Source of the DNA: Candidatus Micrarchaeota archaeon
GTDB taxonomy: Archaea; Micrarchaeota; Micrarchaeia; Anstonellales; Bilamarchaeaceae
Assembly (NCBI GenBank): GCA_018812625.1
Contig: JAHJDH010000001.1
Coordinates: 19,967-83,966 of the forward strand
Direction: 5' to 3'
DNA length: 64,000 nt
Shown: positions 46,286 through 55,889 of the stretch, one piece after another
Numbering within the stretch: the first letter of the stretch is position 1
Layout of the letters: the number at the start of each line of letters is the position of its first letter
Position numbers and translations under genes: made by a program
Notes under the pieces: model-generated
The model's input: only the letters and a program-made list of their open reading frames with translations
Database searches by the model: none
Told to the model about the DNA's origin: nothing

Positions 46286-46864
46286 ATGTATTATGTAAAA
46301 ACTATAAGCGATAGAATAAGAGTACCACCTGCCTATTTTGGGAGTACTCTTGAGGATGCAATTCTGAAAATTCTGCGAGAGAGATATGAAGGACGTATTT
46401 ACAAAGATCTTGGTATTGTTCTTTCTATTGACGATCCAAAAATTCTTTCTGATGGTGCAGTTATTCCAGGAGACGCTGGAGCATATTTCACAATTGAATT
46501 TGATGCACTCGCGTTTCTTCCTTCAGTAAACGAAGTTTATCGTGCTGAAATCAAGGAGATTGTAGAGTTTGGTGCATTTGCATCAATTGGTCCTTTCCAG
46601 GGACTGTTGCATGTTTCACAAATTGACCGGGAAAAATTCTATTATGAAAAGAAGTCCAAAACTCTTAGTTCTAAAACACTTAAACGTGCAATAAAGAAAG
46701 GGGATGATGTTTTGGTCAAGGTTTCTACTGTTAGTCTAAAAACAACTTCTTCAGATACCAAAATTGGTCTTACAATGAGACCAGATGGTTTGGGTCGGGA
46801 TGATTGGATCAGTGCAAAACCTGTAAAAAAGCCTATTAGGGGCAAAAAGGGTGGAAATAGATGA
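46286..46864 (+). CDS. rpo7: DNA-directed RNA polymerase subunit E' (Rpo7) with S1 domain
   Basis: 'MYYVKTISDRIRVPPAYFG...', 'EVYRAEIKEIVEFGAFASIGPFQGLLHVSQI' (S1 fold) and 'KIGLTMRPDGLG'. I prefer the ATG at 46286, which follows GGAGG. The track ORF starts at 46268. Confidence 0.9.
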   Translation: MYYVKTISDRIRVPPAYFGSTLEDAILKILRERYEGRIYKDLGIVLSIDDPKILSDGAVIPGDAGAYFTIEFDALAFLPSVNEVYRAEIKEIVEFGAFASIGPFQGLLHVSQIDREKFYYEKKSKTLSSKTLKRAIKKGDDVLVKVSTVSLKTTSSDTKIGLTMRPDGLGRDDWISAKPVKKPIRGKKGGNR

Positions 46865-47028
46865 GCGGCTTTGATATTATCAGTTCAGACGAATATGTAA
46901 AACGTCAGAGTGGTTTATCTCGAAAATATTCCATTTTTCTTGTAGTAGTTGATCCAGAGCGCTCTGAAATTGCGAAAATCATTGGCATAAAAGTTCCTGG
47001 CAGCTACTATGCAGTAAAACCTCGCTAA
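46861..47028 (+). CDS. spt4: Spt4 / RNA polymerase subunit E''-like protein lacking the zinc ribbon (55 aa, not in the ORF track)
   Basis: MSGFDIISSDEYVKRQSGLSRKYSIFLVVVDPERSEIAKIIGIKVPGSYYAVKPR. The C-terminal half matches the Spt4 NGN-binding consensus ('...LIV.DPEKSEIAKK.GI...GKYA..V'). It holds the conserved position directly after rpo7 with an ATGA overlap. It has no Cys residue. Confidence 0.7.
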   Translation: MSGFDIISSDEYVKRQSGLSRKYSIFLVVVDPERSEIAKIIGIKVPGSYYAVKPR

Positions 47029-47076
47029 TCTGTTTTATTTATTAATTTTGACCCTTAATTCATCTATGGGGGATGA

Positions 47077-47631
47077 ATGAGGGGGTATCTATCTTTTGTT
47101 CTTGTATTGTTATCGATAGGTCTAGTCCTTACCCTCCTGGAGCTCAATATGCATTACAGTTCCACGAAAGCTCTTCTGATTGAGCGTTCCTATTCTCTTT
47201 CAATGAACATAAAGGAAGCTATTCTAGAGTCACTTTGGCAAGGTGCTCAAAGTGGTTTTGACAATTACAATTTTGATCATGATATTGCAATGTGTGTCCA
47301 TTGTCCTGCCTGTCATCCAAAGACTTGCGATCCGCTCAAATGCCAGAAGTGCTTTAGAGAATCTGAATCCAGAGCCGCTGCAAAAACACATTCTCTTATA
47401 TCACTAAATAAACTGAAATCCCATTCCTTTGATCCAGATTTTGAGGTTTCAATTGGTGAAGTGCAATTGGAAGCATATACTCGTCCTGATCCACTATCAA
47501 AAAATGGATTTAGTTTGGATTCTTTAAAGATCACAAATAATATTCCGATTTTAATCAATTCTGAAAAATTTGATATTTATGGAGAGGTGAATGTGCCATC
47601 AGGGGTGATACTTTATGAGAGGTCAGATTAG
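47077..47631 (+). CDS. type IV pilin-like protein (class III signal peptide-like N-terminus), Cys-rich
   Basis: 'MRG/YLSFVLVLLSIGLVLTLLEL', followed by a Cys cluster 'CVHCPACHPKTCDPLKCQKC'. Confidence 0.55.
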   Translation: MRGYLSFVLVLLSIGLVLTLLELNMHYSSTKALLIERSYSLSMNIKEAILESLWQGAQSGFDNYNFDHDIAMCVHCPACHPKTCDPLKCQKCFRESESRAAAKTHSLISLNKLKSHSFDPDFEVSIGEVQLEAYTRPDPLSKNGFSLDSLKITNNIPILINSEKFDIYGEVNVPSGVILYERSD

Positions 47632-47932
47632 TCTTGAATTTTTATTGATGTTTTCAATTAGCTTAGTGCTGTTTTCCACTTTGGCCTCAGTTCTAATTGT
47701 TGAGCAAGAAAAATTGCAGGATGCTCATGCAGATCTTCAGAAAATAACTGCAGTAAAACAAGCATCTTTTGCTGCTTCGCTTTGGCTAAACAATGGACGG
47801 ATCTATCCGCTAGATTTTAGTTCTGAAAATATTTTTTTCAGAATAGAAAATGATCGATTTTTAGTCGTTTATAATATGGAAGTTATTGAAATTGAGGGGG
47901 TTTTTGATTATGAAAAGTCAGAGCCATTATAG
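47615..47932 (+). CDS. type IV pilin-like protein (class III signal peptide, DUF361-like QxSxE motif)
   Basis: 'MRG/QISLEFLLMFSISLVLFSTLASVLIV'. GGTGA lies 6 nt upstream of the ATG. It overlaps the upstream gene by 17 nt. Confidence 0.7.
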   Translation: MRGQISLEFLLMFSISLVLFSTLASVLIVEQEKLQDAHADLQKITAVKQASFAASLWLNNGRIYPLDFSSENIFFRIENDRFLVVYNMEVIEIEGVFDYEKSEPL

Positions 47933-48314
47933 GGGCGCTATCTCTTTTGATACTCTTTTTTCTATTATCCCAATTCTGATGATCTTCGTCCTGTTATTTC
48001 AATCAATACAATTTATTGGTCTCTCAACCGAAGAGAGCTCCAGGGATCAGGACTTGTTTGATAAGCTGGTTTTGGCTGCTGATTATACTGTAAAATCCGG
48101 CGCAGCAGTGCGTGATGGAAATATAAGATATCCAAATTGGATTGAAGAAGGCAAGATCTCTTCTTCGTATTCCGAAGGACTTCGCATGCGCTATGGCCTC
48201 AATGAACTCTTTATTTCTCTGGATACTCCAGAGGAATCTTCAATGTGCATCTACCGGATGGTTGTCTATGGCAACTCGAAGAAAATATCAAAACTTTTTG
48301 TGTGTGGTGATTGA
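47886..48314 (+). CDS. type IV pilin-like protein
   Basis: 'MKSQSHYRG/AISFDTLFSIIPILMIFVLLF'. The likely start is the ATG at 47910; the track start at 47886 is a TTG. Confidence 0.6.
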   Translation: MKLRGFLIMKSQSHYRGAISFDTLFSIIPILMIFVLLFQSIQFIGLSTEESSRDQDLFDKLVLAADYTVKSGAAVRDGNIRYPNWIEEGKISSSYSEGLRMRYGLNELFISLDTPEESSMCIYRMVVYGNSKKISKLFVCGD

Positions 48315-48315
48315 A

Positions 48316-48672
48316 ATGCAAACTTTCGAAGCAATAATCTCACTTTTGTTTTTTGTATGGATGCTAACTCTGAGCTTAGTAAGTTTTGAGGCTCCAGAGC
48401 TTAACTATCAGGTTTATCAGATGCAACTTTCCAGCGATGCTTGGAGAGTTCTTTATCTTCGGGGTAATTTTGAGGATTTGTCGGATATGCAGTTGGTTGA
48501 AGCTGACCTTAATCAACTTGGCAGTGTTACTGGACTTTGCTTTTTTTTAGATGGAATTGAAACTACAAACTGCAGGGGCGGCGTTAATGATCATGATCTT
48601 TCAGTTTCATCATATCGTACAATCATATTCAATTCTGAACCTAAAACAATCAGATTTTCCATGGGAACCTAA
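48316..48672 (+). CDS. small N-terminally hydrophobic (pilin-like) protein
   Basis: 'MQTFEAIISLLFFVWMLTLSLVSF'. The ATG at 48316 follows GGTGA-N5 and lies 1 nt after the upstream TGA. The track ORF 48142-48672 extends upstream through the previous gene in another frame. Confidence 0.5.
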   Translation: MQTFEAIISLLFFVWMLTLSLVSFEAPELNYQVYQMQLSSDAWRVLYLRGNFEDLSDMQLVEADLNQLGSVTGLCFFLDGIETTNCRGGVNDHDLSVSSYRTIIFNSEPKTIRFSMGT

Positions 48673-48792
48673 ATTTTTTCTACAATTTTACGGAGTTATT
48701 ATTCGTCTATTTTTGTTGGGCTCAAATATCACGTCTTATGACGTATAGTCACCAATAAAAACATTCTAGCATATATCAAGACAATAATTTTA

Positions 48793-48797
48793 GGTGA
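48793..48797 (+). promoter_or_regulatory. Shine-Dalgarno GGTGA
   Basis: 'aggtgaaaatatg' is identical to the thermosome translation-initiation context. Confidence 0.5.
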
Positions 48798-48801
48798 AAA
48801 T

Positions 48802-49965
48802 ATGATCGGACCATCAATCAAAAGCGAGCTAGTTTCATATCCAATCCGGGATATTGTTCAAGCAGCAAAAAAATATGAAAAACAAGGTACGGACATGATC
48901 TATTTGAATATCGGCGATCCTGCTCCTTATGGGTTCAGACCTCCACAACACATACTTGATGCAGCAGCAGATGCGCTCAAACAAAATTATTCTGGCTATG
49001 CTCCATCAGAAGGGGATCCGGAGCTTCTCGAAGCTGTTGCTGAATATGAAAAAGTTTCTCCCGAAGATGTGTTTATTACTGCAGGCCTTAGCGAAGGAAT
49101 CGACTTTTTGTTTCAGGCTCTTTTAGATCCTGGACGCAATTTTCTTCTTCCTGTCCCAACATATCCACTTTATCTGACCAAGGAAAGAATCAACTATGGA
49201 ACAGTTGATTTTTATGACTGCGACGAGGATATGGAACCTGACCTTGATAGTCTTAGGATGAATATCAATGAGTATACAAAAGCCCTTGTAGTTATCAATC
49301 CAAACAATCCAACCGGAGCAGTTTATTCAAGAAAAACGATTGAAGGAATAGTTGATATTGCTGGAGAGCATAACCTGCCGATTATTGCAGATGATGTTTA
49401 TGACCAGATGGTCTTTGATGGCGAGATTACTCAGGTAAAGAAAGTGTGCAAGGATGTTCCGGTTGTTTCCGGAAACAGTCTTTCCAAGAATTATATTTAT
49501 CCAGGTGCTCGTGCTGCATATCTCTCATTCTCTGGCGAAGGCTGGGATGAGATCAAAGATACTATACAAAGGTTATGCAATCAAAGGCTTTCTGTTAACT
49601 GGGAAATGCAGCGGGCATATATCGCAGCGCTCAAAGGTCCTCAGGATCATATCCAATCATTCAATTCAGAGCTCAAGAAAAGAAGAGATCTTATGGTGAA
49701 GCGGGTTGGTGAAATCGAAGGATTAAGTATCTCTCCTCCAAAAGGTGCATTCTATGCATTTATTGGCGTTGAGGGCCCTTGGAAAACTGATACTGAATTT
49801 GTATATGAGCTTCTAAAAACTGGAGTTGTTGTTGTTCCGGGCTCTGGCTTTATACCAAAGAAGACTGATAAAAAATACTTTAGGATGGTTCTTCTCCCCC
49901 AGCTCAACCAGATTGATGATGCATTTAATAGAATTGAAAAATTCATGAAAGAAGCATCACAATAA
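48802..49965 (+). CDS. class I/II PLP-dependent aminotransferase (aspartate/alanine aminotransferase type)
   Basis: 'INPNNPTGAVY', 'DDVYDQMVF', the PLP-lysine context 'SGNSLSKNY', and 'FRMVLLP'. Confidence 0.88.
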   Translation: MIGPSIKSELVSYPIRDIVQAAKKYEKQGTDMIYLNIGDPAPYGFRPPQHILDAAADALKQNYSGYAPSEGDPELLEAVAEYEKVSPEDVFITAGLSEGIDFLFQALLDPGRNFLLPVPTYPLYLTKERINYGTVDFYDCDEDMEPDLDSLRMNINEYTKALVVINPNNPTGAVYSRKTIEGIVDIAGEHNLPIIADDVYDQMVFDGEITQVKKVCKDVPVVSGNSLSKNYIYPGARAAYLSFSGEGWDEIKDTIQRLCNQRLSVNWEMQRAYIAALKGPQDHIQSFNSELKKRRDLMVKRVGEIEGLSISPPKGAFYAFIGVEGPWKTDTEFVYELLKTGVVVVPGSGFIPKKTDKKYFRMVLLPQLNQIDDAFNRIEKFMKEASQ

Positions 49966-52512
49966 TTATTTTTTATTATCCTTTCTCTTTTGTTTTAATC
50001 TCTCTTTTAGAGAAAGTTTTGCTTTTGCCGTAGTTTTTTCAGTATTTTTAGTTTCTTTTTTTGTCTCTGGTTTTGATTTTGCTGCTGGAGGATGTGCTGG
50101 TTTTGTTGCAGCTCTAATTGAAGGTGGCGGAGCTGGCGGTGGATCATCATTATCTTCCTCCTCGACATCATCCAGTGCTTTTGAAGCTGGTGCTGATGAA
50201 ACATTGTTTTCTTTTATCATCTTCGGTTCATCTGGAATTTGCACTACTCCAAGCTTTCTTTTGCTTAGCTCTTCCTGGACTATCTGTTTGAATATTGGCT
50301 CCCATTTGTCCCAAGCATCACCAAAATCAATTCCGCCCTGTTCATTTTCCATTGCAACCAGATGTCTTGTTGCAGCAGTATTAACTTTCAGTACAAAATC
50401 AAGCTCTAACATCAGCTTATCATTTAGCTTTAGGCTTGTTTTGTAAATTTGATCATACATCTTTCCTTTCCAGAATGCCTGGATAATATACTGCTCTGGT
50501 GAAATTCCTGTTTCTTCACTTCTTCTGCCAAGTGCTGGTGGAATAAATGCTATATCAAGTTCTCTTTCCAGTTTTCTAATATCAACATTTTCAAAGTCTG
50601 TCATTGTTGCTTCAGGATTCCTTAGGAATTTTGCTTCCCATGTACACTCTTTGATACTATCCCCACGTCTGAATCTGAAGATTTCGACAAATTTCTTTTC
50701 TTCAATGTCTGTTTCATATTCAAAACCAAGAACTCTGTATATTCTTCCCTTCCTACCAAACCTGATTTTCTTTAGGAAACTGTATCTGTCTGTTGCATAC
50801 ATACTTGCTGCTGGAAGTCCGAAAACAAGTTCAAGTCTGTCCTGCACATCACGAAGTGATTCTGCATGGAGGTTATAGAGCAGGAAAACACCTGGCTGAG
50901 TGTTGAGGAGATTGATAATACCCTGTACAGCAATACGGGATCTAACTTCGTTAATAATAAGCGCAGCATCACCCATACGAAGAAGTGCATTTGCCATTGT
51001 AACAAGATCCAGTTCTTTGGTTGTTCCTGCTCCTTCTGACTCAGAACTTTGTACCCTTGCAGCACCAATATGGAATCCTCTTTTTCTAAATGCACGAACA
51101 GGAATTTCTTCGATATCCTGGATGGGGATAATTCTTCTTCTTGTACCGATAGAAGTTACCTTTGCAGCAGTAAATGAAGTTTTACCAACACCCTTAAGTC
51201 CCAGAACTGCTTCCGAACATCCAAGAGTTACCATAACATCATCATACCCAGCAAAGAACGGAGTAAATGATTTGAAATTCAAATATTGTGCGTATGTAAA
51301 TGGCTGTTCTTTCATGATTCTAAGAGCTCCCTGAAGCTCACCAAAAGTTGCTGGTGGCCTTTGCAAGTGGCATCTCATTGCATGTCTTTTCAAAACAACA
51401 TCTACAATTGGGCTGTTTTCGTCAAACTTTCTTGTTCCCTTAAGGGTTTGGACAATGTTTTTGAAACACCTCTCAAGAAGATCCCTATTGTATCTGTAGA
51501 GCGTGTGGCAAAGCCCGTATTTCGCATGTTCAATGTAAATTGGCGAGTTTTCACTGTCAATGTAAATATCAGTAATATTCTCCTTATCAAGTGCCAAATT
51601 TTCGATATGCGCTCCCATACCAACAACCCATGCAGCGCATTCTCTTCCCATTTCCATTGCCTGTTGAGGGGTGATTTTATTCCCCTCCATCATTGCACGA
51701 TCAATGAAAAACTGGCGGTATTCCCTTGTTTTGATGCTCATTAAAATATCCCAGTCTACGTTGCTGAACTGTTCCTTGAATTGTTCATTGATCGTTGTTT
51801 TCAGAAGATTATTTAGGTCACTTCCAAGATTTTCTATTGTGTTCTCTTGTACATAAAGATAAGCTTCTGCGTTTGGAACTTCATAGATTTGTACCTTTAC
51901 ACCAAATGGAAGATCATACCTTGCATCATCTGCCTTTACTGGTTTTGCGCCTGGGGGAATATCTAAAACCAAAGATGGAACAAAATAAAGTGTTCGAAGC
52001 CCGACCAAATTCAAAAATGCAGCTCTAAGGTCTCCTGTTTCTTTAACAAGGTCATATAGTGCAGTTGATTTGTATCTCTTCAGAATTCCTGCAACCCATC
52101 CTTTGAATGTTCTATATCCTGCAAAATAAATTGATCGCTCAGGTTCATCTTCCTGATAATCCGCAAGTTGGTTTGCTGCCAGAATGGGATTTAGAAAAAC
52201 GTATTCATAGAATCTTTTGAGCATTTTTTTCCTTCCAGGAGAAGCTGGATCCTGGTTCAATCCATAAATGTCATTTTTGAGAAGTATTGTTTCCAGTTGC
52301 CTGATAAAGGCAGCATATTGGGTCAATACTGAGGTTTTCTTCTCATTTAATTCGACTACAATCTCCTCCTCATAACGAATTGTTTTTATCGGAGATTCAG
52401 TTGTTGAAAGATCTTTAAGATGAAGATTCAAAAACTCTGGAGAAGCAAATTCATATGGGCACTTTGCCAGGTCGACAATGGCACGTGTCCCTTCGAGATA
52501 CAGGTTACACAT
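49966..52512 (-). CDS. FlaI/VirB11/GspE-superfamily secretion/filament-assembly ATPase with a long N-terminal region and a Pro/Lys-rich C-terminal tail
   Basis: 'ENITDIYIDSENSPIYIEHAKYG', Walker A 'GLKGVGKTSFTAAK', Asp-box-like 'RIIPIQDIEEIP', Walker B region 'ALIINEVRS' and His-box-like 'LLYNLHAES'. The tail reads 'PPPAPPPSIRAATKPAHPPAAKSKPETKKETKNTEKTTAKAK...KRKDNKK'. Confidence 0.75.
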   Translation of the reverse strand: MCNLYLEGTRAIVDLAKCPYEFASPEFLNLHLKDLSTTESPIKTIRYEEEIVVELNEKKTSVLTQYAAFIRQLETILLKNDIYGLNQDPASPGRKKMLKRFYEYVFLNPILAANQLADYQEDEPERSIYFAGYRTFKGWVAGILKRYKSTALYDLVKETGDLRAAFLNLVGLRTLYFVPSLVLDIPPGAKPVKADDARYDLPFGVKVQIYEVPNAEAYLYVQENTIENLGSDLNNLLKTTINEQFKEQFSNVDWDILMSIKTREYRQFFIDRAMMEGNKITPQQAMEMGRECAAWVVGMGAHIENLALDKENITDIYIDSENSPIYIEHAKYGLCHTLYRYNRDLLERCFKNIVQTLKGTRKFDENSPIVDVVLKRHAMRCHLQRPPATFGELQGALRIMKEQPFTYAQYLNFKSFTPFFAGYDDVMVTLGCSEAVLGLKGVGKTSFTAAKVTSIGTRRRIIPIQDIEEIPVRAFRKRGFHIGAARVQSSESEGAGTTKELDLVTMANALLRMGDAALIINEVRSRIAVQGIINLLNTQPGVFLLYNLHAESLRDVQDRLELVFGLPAASMYATDRYSFLKKIRFGRKGRIYRVLGFEYETDIEEKKFVEIFRFRRGDSIKECTWEAKFLRNPEATMTDFENVDIRKLERELDIAFIPPALGRRSEETGISPEQYIIQAFWKGKMYDQIYKTSLKLNDKLMLELDFVLKVNTAATRHLVAMENEQGGIDFGDAWDKWEPIFKQIVQEELSKRKLGVVQIPDEPKMIKENNVSSAPASKALDDVEEEDNDDPPPAPPPSIRAATKPAHPPAAKSKPETKKETKNTEKTTAKAKLSLKERLKQKRKDNKK

Positions 52513-52537
52513 GAGATAATCTATCCAATTAGATTTT

Positions 52538-54166
52538 TTAATTATCCTCTTCTGCTTCTATTTCAGTCTCATCGATATTTATGGCAGATCTTCTTTGTCG
52601 TCTTCTTACTGGACTAAGTCTTATTGAAGCTGTAGCATCATCTGGCGAAATTGATATTCTTTCGTCTCTATATCCTCTTTTCCTAATAACTAGCCTGTGT
52701 TCTTTTCTCTCAAGCATCAGCTCAAGTGGATTTTCAGTGTTTCCTATTCTGTGGAATCTTCTGTTTTTCTCAATAAATACATCTGCGCCAGTTGGAGTTG
52801 TTTCAATTCTTGCCCTGAAATTTACTGATTGAACTGGCTGTTGTACTGGTTCTTGCCTATCTTCCACTCGTCTTTGAATTTGGTCTATGACAGGATCAAT
52901 TCTATGCTTTATTTCATCCCTATAATAATATCCAGCTCCAGCTATGGCAGCAAGTGCTCCTACTACTATGATCCTTTTGAGCCAACTACCTGCTTTTACT
53001 TGCGGGATCTCCTCGTCCCTTAATCCCCCTGTTTCTTTTCCAAGATCACTGACTATGGTTGCTGGTCTTTCTGGAACAACTCTTTCTGTTGGTATTTGTC
53101 TACTATCCGGTTTCTCTGGCGTCATTTTTGGCTCAGGATGAATTGATGGCCTGATTGTACTTTCTCTTGTATGAAGCAACAGAAGGTTCTCAAGCTGATC
53201 TGAAAATACTTCAGTATCTATGATGGCTGCCTTCAGCTCTTCTGCGCTTTGGAATCTGTCTCTTGGATTTTTTCTGATTGCCTTTAGAATAACTGCTTCA
53301 ATTCCAGGAGTGATATCTGCATCTGGCTTTATTTCACTGGGACGTTTTGGTGCGTCATTTTTGATACTCTCAATCAATTCAAGGAGATTCTCTCCCTTAA
53401 ATGGAACATCTCCAGTAAGAAGCTTATACATGATAATTCCAACTGAGTATAAGTCTGCTCTGTGATCATAAGCGTCTTTTTTTCCAAGTGTCTGCTCTGG
53501 TGCCATGTAGTTGATTGTTCCCATGATTGTTCCTGTTCGTGTAAGTTCATCACCATGCGTAGCCTCATCTGCACCATTTGTCAATCTTTTTGCAAGTCCA
53601 AAATCAAGTATCTTTACAACTCCTTCTTTTGTGATGAATATGTTCCCTGGTTTGAGGTCTCTGTGTATGATTCCTCTGGCATGTGCTGCTCCAAGTCCGT
53701 CGCAAAGCTGCACAAGATATGACTTTACCTCATTCCAGCTCAGTCCTCCTCCATTTGCCTTTAACTTCTCTGAAAGATCCTGCCCGTCAAGAAATTCTAT
53801 GATGCAAAATGGCTGTTCTTTGTATAATTCGTAGTCAAGAGTACGGATAACATTTGGATGTTTTATCCTTAGGTTTGATTTAATTTCTCTGAAAAAACGC
53901 GTTGCTGAATCGCCGTCAGTAATAGATGCGTTGCTTAGCTTTAGTGCGACTTTTTCTCCTTTTTCATCATATGCAAGATAAACACTGCCCATTCCTCCTT
54001 TTCCAAGGATATCAACTACTCTATAGCTTTTACGTGCTCCTCTTTCTGATCTTCCTCTTACTATAGTGCTAACTATTGGGTCCTGGCTCTGCTGAATTTG
54101 CTGGAAATTTCTCTGAGGCCTTCTCAGGTCCATTCCCCTATTTGCCCTGGACCGAAATCTTTGCAT
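52538..54166 (-). CDS. Hanks-type Ser/Thr protein kinase with one TM and a C-terminal PEGA domain
   Basis: 'LGKGGMGSVYLA', 'VALK', 'IIHRDLKPGNI', 'ILDFGLAK' and 'YMAPEQ'. The TM is 'IIVVGALAAIAGAGYYY'. The PEGA-like region is 'IETTPTGADVFIEKN...HRLVIRKRGYRDERISI'. Confidence 0.9.
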   Translation of the reverse strand: MQRFRSRANRGMDLRRPQRNFQQIQQSQDPIVSTIVRGRSERGARKSYRVVDILGKGGMGSVYLAYDEKGEKVALKLSNASITDGDSATRFFREIKSNLRIKHPNVIRTLDYELYKEQPFCIIEFLDGQDLSEKLKANGGGLSWNEVKSYLVQLCDGLGAAHARGIIHRDLKPGNIFITKEGVVKILDFGLAKRLTNGADEATHGDELTRTGTIMGTINYMAPEQTLGKKDAYDHRADLYSVGIIMYKLLTGDVPFKGENLLELIESIKNDAPKRPSEIKPDADITPGIEAVILKAIRKNPRDRFQSAEELKAAIIDTEVFSDQLENLLLLHTRESTIRPSIHPEPKMTPEKPDSRQIPTERVVPERPATIVSDLGKETGGLRDEEIPQVKAGSWLKRIIVVGALAAIAGAGYYYRDEIKHRIDPVIDQIQRRVEDRQEPVQQPVQSVNFRARIETTPTGADVFIEKNRRFHRIGNTENPLELMLERKEHRLVIRKRGYRDERISISPDDATASIRLSPVRRRQRRSAINIDETEIEAEEDN

Positions 54167-54197
54167 GTTGTACTTTATGTTTCATAGTATTTATAAG

Positions 54198-55889
54198 CTA
54201 TGCTGTTCCGTCGTGTTTGGTTTCGACGATCATTTCTACTATTGTGGCATATGCTGGTCTTGTAAGGAGATATCCAAGAAGCGCTCCAAGAATGGTTGAT
54301 TCTGCAAATCCAATGATCTCAACAAGTCCTGAGAAAAGAAGTGGAACCATTGCAAATATGGCCACTGTTGCATTTGTTTTGATTATTCCAAATGCAAGTT
54401 CTATTTTTTCAACTACTTTTCTATTATCTTTCTTTAGAATTTCATCTGTGATAACTATCTGAGCATCTACCCCAACACCCACAGCAGCAATGATACCTGC
54501 CATTGCAGCAAGGTCTATTGTGAATGAACCAAGAATGGATATAAGAATCACAAGCTCTGCAAGGCCAATTAACACGATTGGTGCTGTTACCTTTAGATTC
54601 TTGTATCTAAATCCAATAAGAACTGAAATTGCAACTAGTGATGCCGCAATTGCCATCATACTGAGCTTAAGGAACTCACTTCCCAGAGATGCCGGAACAG
54701 TGGTTCTAGATCCAAGAGAAATTTGTACTGGAAGAGAACCTCCTTTGAGGATTGATTCCATGCTCTTTACCCGCTCTTGAGCTTCAAGTGCGCGCTCTTG
54801 CGGGTTAGTTGCACTAACTCCCCCAGTTACTGTGTATGAGTAGCTTTGAATTCCATTTGTAATTCCGCTGTTTAAAAGGGGTGAACTTAGAAGTCCTACG
54901 GATTCAAGTCTTGCCAAAATAAGAACACCAGTTCGTGTTCTTGTAAAGTCTGCTGCCATCTCGGCATCATCATACTCAACAACCTCAAAGCCTAATCCTG
55001 TGAGATTTGCTTTTGCTGCTGTTGACATGTTCTTTGAAACAATTGCTTTTGTTTTATTGGATTTTGGTGTAAAGTTTGCTGGTATGTCCTCTATGATGTA
55101 TACATTGATATCATCATTCTCAAGTGCAAGTGCATCGTCCATTGATCTAAGTGATTCTTTTTCTCCAGAATCCGCAGATATGTATTTTTTGAAATCTTCT
55201 TTTTCATAGAATACTGCTGCATCTTGTGGCCTATCCAGGAACATATAAACAGGATAATCATTCTTTCCTTTTGCAGTTGTAGCAAACTGTGCTGCTCCCT
55301 CATTATCTACTGAAAATAAAACTCCCCATGCAGCTCCTCCGGAAAGCTGTTGTGGTGGTGCTGGTCTGATTGATTGCGAAAATATTTGCTCTCCATTAAT
55401 AGCTTCCTTTCCATCAACAATTGCCTGGAAAACTCCTTGTTTTGATAGAGTATCTTCAACCATTGCAATTGTAGCCTCATCATCACTTGGGAGCTCTACA
55501 TTTACCTGATTGTCACCTATTGCACGTACCTTTACCTGCGTTAGTCCAAAGACACTGACTCTCTTTTTTATGGTCTGAACAAGTTCATTCATTGTTGTCT
55601 GGTCCACAGATTCATCCAGTACAACTGGTATTCGTGTTCCTCCGCTAAAGTCAATGCCAAATGTTATCCCATGAATATAAATATTCAAAATCGCAAGTAT
55701 GACGAGAAGCACAAGCGCGCCTATTTTTATGTGGGATTCTTTCCACATAAGAGAAATTGACCCAAAGACAATAACTGCCAATATGATTGTGATTCCACTG
55801 ATTGTTGAACTGTTGAACGCTATTATTGCTAGGAATACTGCAAATAATGCGATAAGCGCAAGCATTCTTTTGTCATTGTACATGTCCAT
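54198..55889 (-). CDS. secD: protein-export membrane protein SecD
   Basis: An N-terminal TM, a large extracytoplasmic domain starting 'GIDFSGGTRI', and a C-terminal 5-TM bundle with 'GVGVDAQIVITDEILK'. Confidence 0.85.
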   Translation of the reverse strand: MDMYNDKRMLALIALFAVFLAIIAFNSSTISGITIILAVIVFGSISLMWKESHIKIGALVLLVILAILNIYIHGITFGIDFSGGTRIPVVLDESVDQTTMNELVQTIKKRVSVFGLTQVKVRAIGDNQVNVELPSDDEATIAMVEDTLSKQGVFQAIVDGKEAINGEQIFSQSIRPAPPQQLSGGAAWGVLFSVDNEGAAQFATTAKGKNDYPVYMFLDRPQDAAVFYEKEDFKKYISADSGEKESLRSMDDALALENDDINVYIIEDIPANFTPKSNKTKAIVSKNMSTAAKANLTGLGFEVVEYDDAEMAADFTRTRTGVLILARLESVGLLSSPLLNSGITNGIQSYSYTVTGGVSATNPQERALEAQERVKSMESILKGGSLPVQISLGSRTTVPASLGSEFLKLSMMAIAASLVAISVLIGFRYKNLKVTAPIVLIGLAELVILISILGSFTIDLAAMAGIIAAVGVGVDAQIVITDEILKKDNRKVVEKIELAFGIIKTNATVAIFAMVPLLFSGLVEIIGFAESTILGALLGYLLTRPAYATIVEMIVETKHDGTA

